A program made the position numbers and the translations under genes. The notes beneath the pieces were generated by a model, which made no database searches, was not told where the DNA came from, and saw only the letters and a list, made by a program, of their open reading frames with translations. From positions 1-53,324 of the forward strand of contig JBHLRQ010000009.1 in the NCBI GenBank assembly GCA_048882385.1: a stretch of 53,324 nt of DNA, written 5' to 3'. Shown here piece after piece: positions 52,995 through 53,324 of the stretch. The first letter of the stretch is position 1; each line of letters opens with the position of its first letter. Source of the stretch: Candidatus Thorarchaeota archaeon. GTDB lineage: Archaea > Asgardarchaeota > Thorarchaeia > Thorarchaeales > Thorarchaeaceae.

Positions 52995-53324
52995 TCAATC
53001 TTCTTGCAGGTGTAAACGCGAATTGCAAAATGGGCAATGCACAACATTTGTGTCGACCGGAAGTGCATTCACAATGTCAAAGATGTTGCTGCAATTTCCA
53101 CAACGAAATGTGTCAGTGCCAGAGATTCTTTGAGCTGGAAGTGCATGCTTCCTCATTGATTCCAAGATTCTATCATCCTCTGAAACATCAGTGGGAGCAA
53201 TATCTCTGCCCTGTGCCCAACGAAATGTCGCATAGAGTCCAAAGATCACCATTGGGATATAGAAGACCATGTAGACAGGTATCATGTCTTCAGGTGAAAC
53301 CATTACAATGCCTATAGTACCAGT
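52995..53324 (-). CDS. Membrane protein with C-terminal zinc ribbon, probably 5'-truncated by the window edge
   Basis: Frame is open to the end of the window; TM segment followed by CGNC...CPFC. Confidence 0.7.
   Translation of the reverse strand, partial: TGTIGIVMVSPEDMIPVYMVFYIPMVIFGLYATFRWAQGRDIAPTDVSEDDRILESMRKHALPAQRISGTDTFRCGNCSNIFDIVNALPVDTNVVHCPFCNSRLHLQED

Noticed and set aside
1-53324. CRISPR arrays, transposases, integrases, rRNA
   Set aside because: No regularly spaced repeats, no DDE or tyrosine recombinase motifs, no duplicated tRNA 3' ends (att sites) and no rRNA-like sequence seen by eye

Overview
A 53.3 kb, gene-dense chromosomal segment of an archaeon, most likely Asgard and Thorarchaeia-like. 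The assignment is an inference from PolD, EgsA/CarS ether-lipid genes, archaeal ribosomal operons, a small Arf-like GTPase and eukaryote-type OST-accessory homologues. It holds mostly core genes: translation/transcription operons (sec61b-rpl44e-rps27e-aIF2a-nop10; rpoD-rpl18e-rpl13-rps9-rpoN-rps2; rpl7ae-rps28e-rpl24e, ndk, aIF5B), one-carbon/folate genes (glyA, gcvT/H, folP, mptE), a replication/repair cluster (topA, XPD, YqgF-like, radB, PolD DP2, RPA, Lhr, metallophosphoesterase), the archaeal mevalonate operon, SRP RNA, tRNA-Pro(CGG) and an intron-containing tRNA-Ser(GCU). No CRISPR array, transposase or integrase was seen. The most notable signals are: (1) the PolD large subunit carries a ~50 aa insertion that is a diverged copy of the N-terminal helical domain of the divergently adjacent RPA; (2) dispersed candidates for a multi-subunit, eukaryote-like oligosaccharyltransferase (STT3/AglB with an extra DOMON/CBM9-like domain, a DC2/OSTC homologue, a GIFT-domain membrane protein ending in KKxx, and an unannotated 37-aa Ost4-sized peptide); (3) a PAC4-like proteasome chaperone; (4) structured RNA elements, including K-turn leaders and a tRNA intron that duplicates the anticodon arm. 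All family assignments come from motif recognition and recalled sequences; no searches were run.
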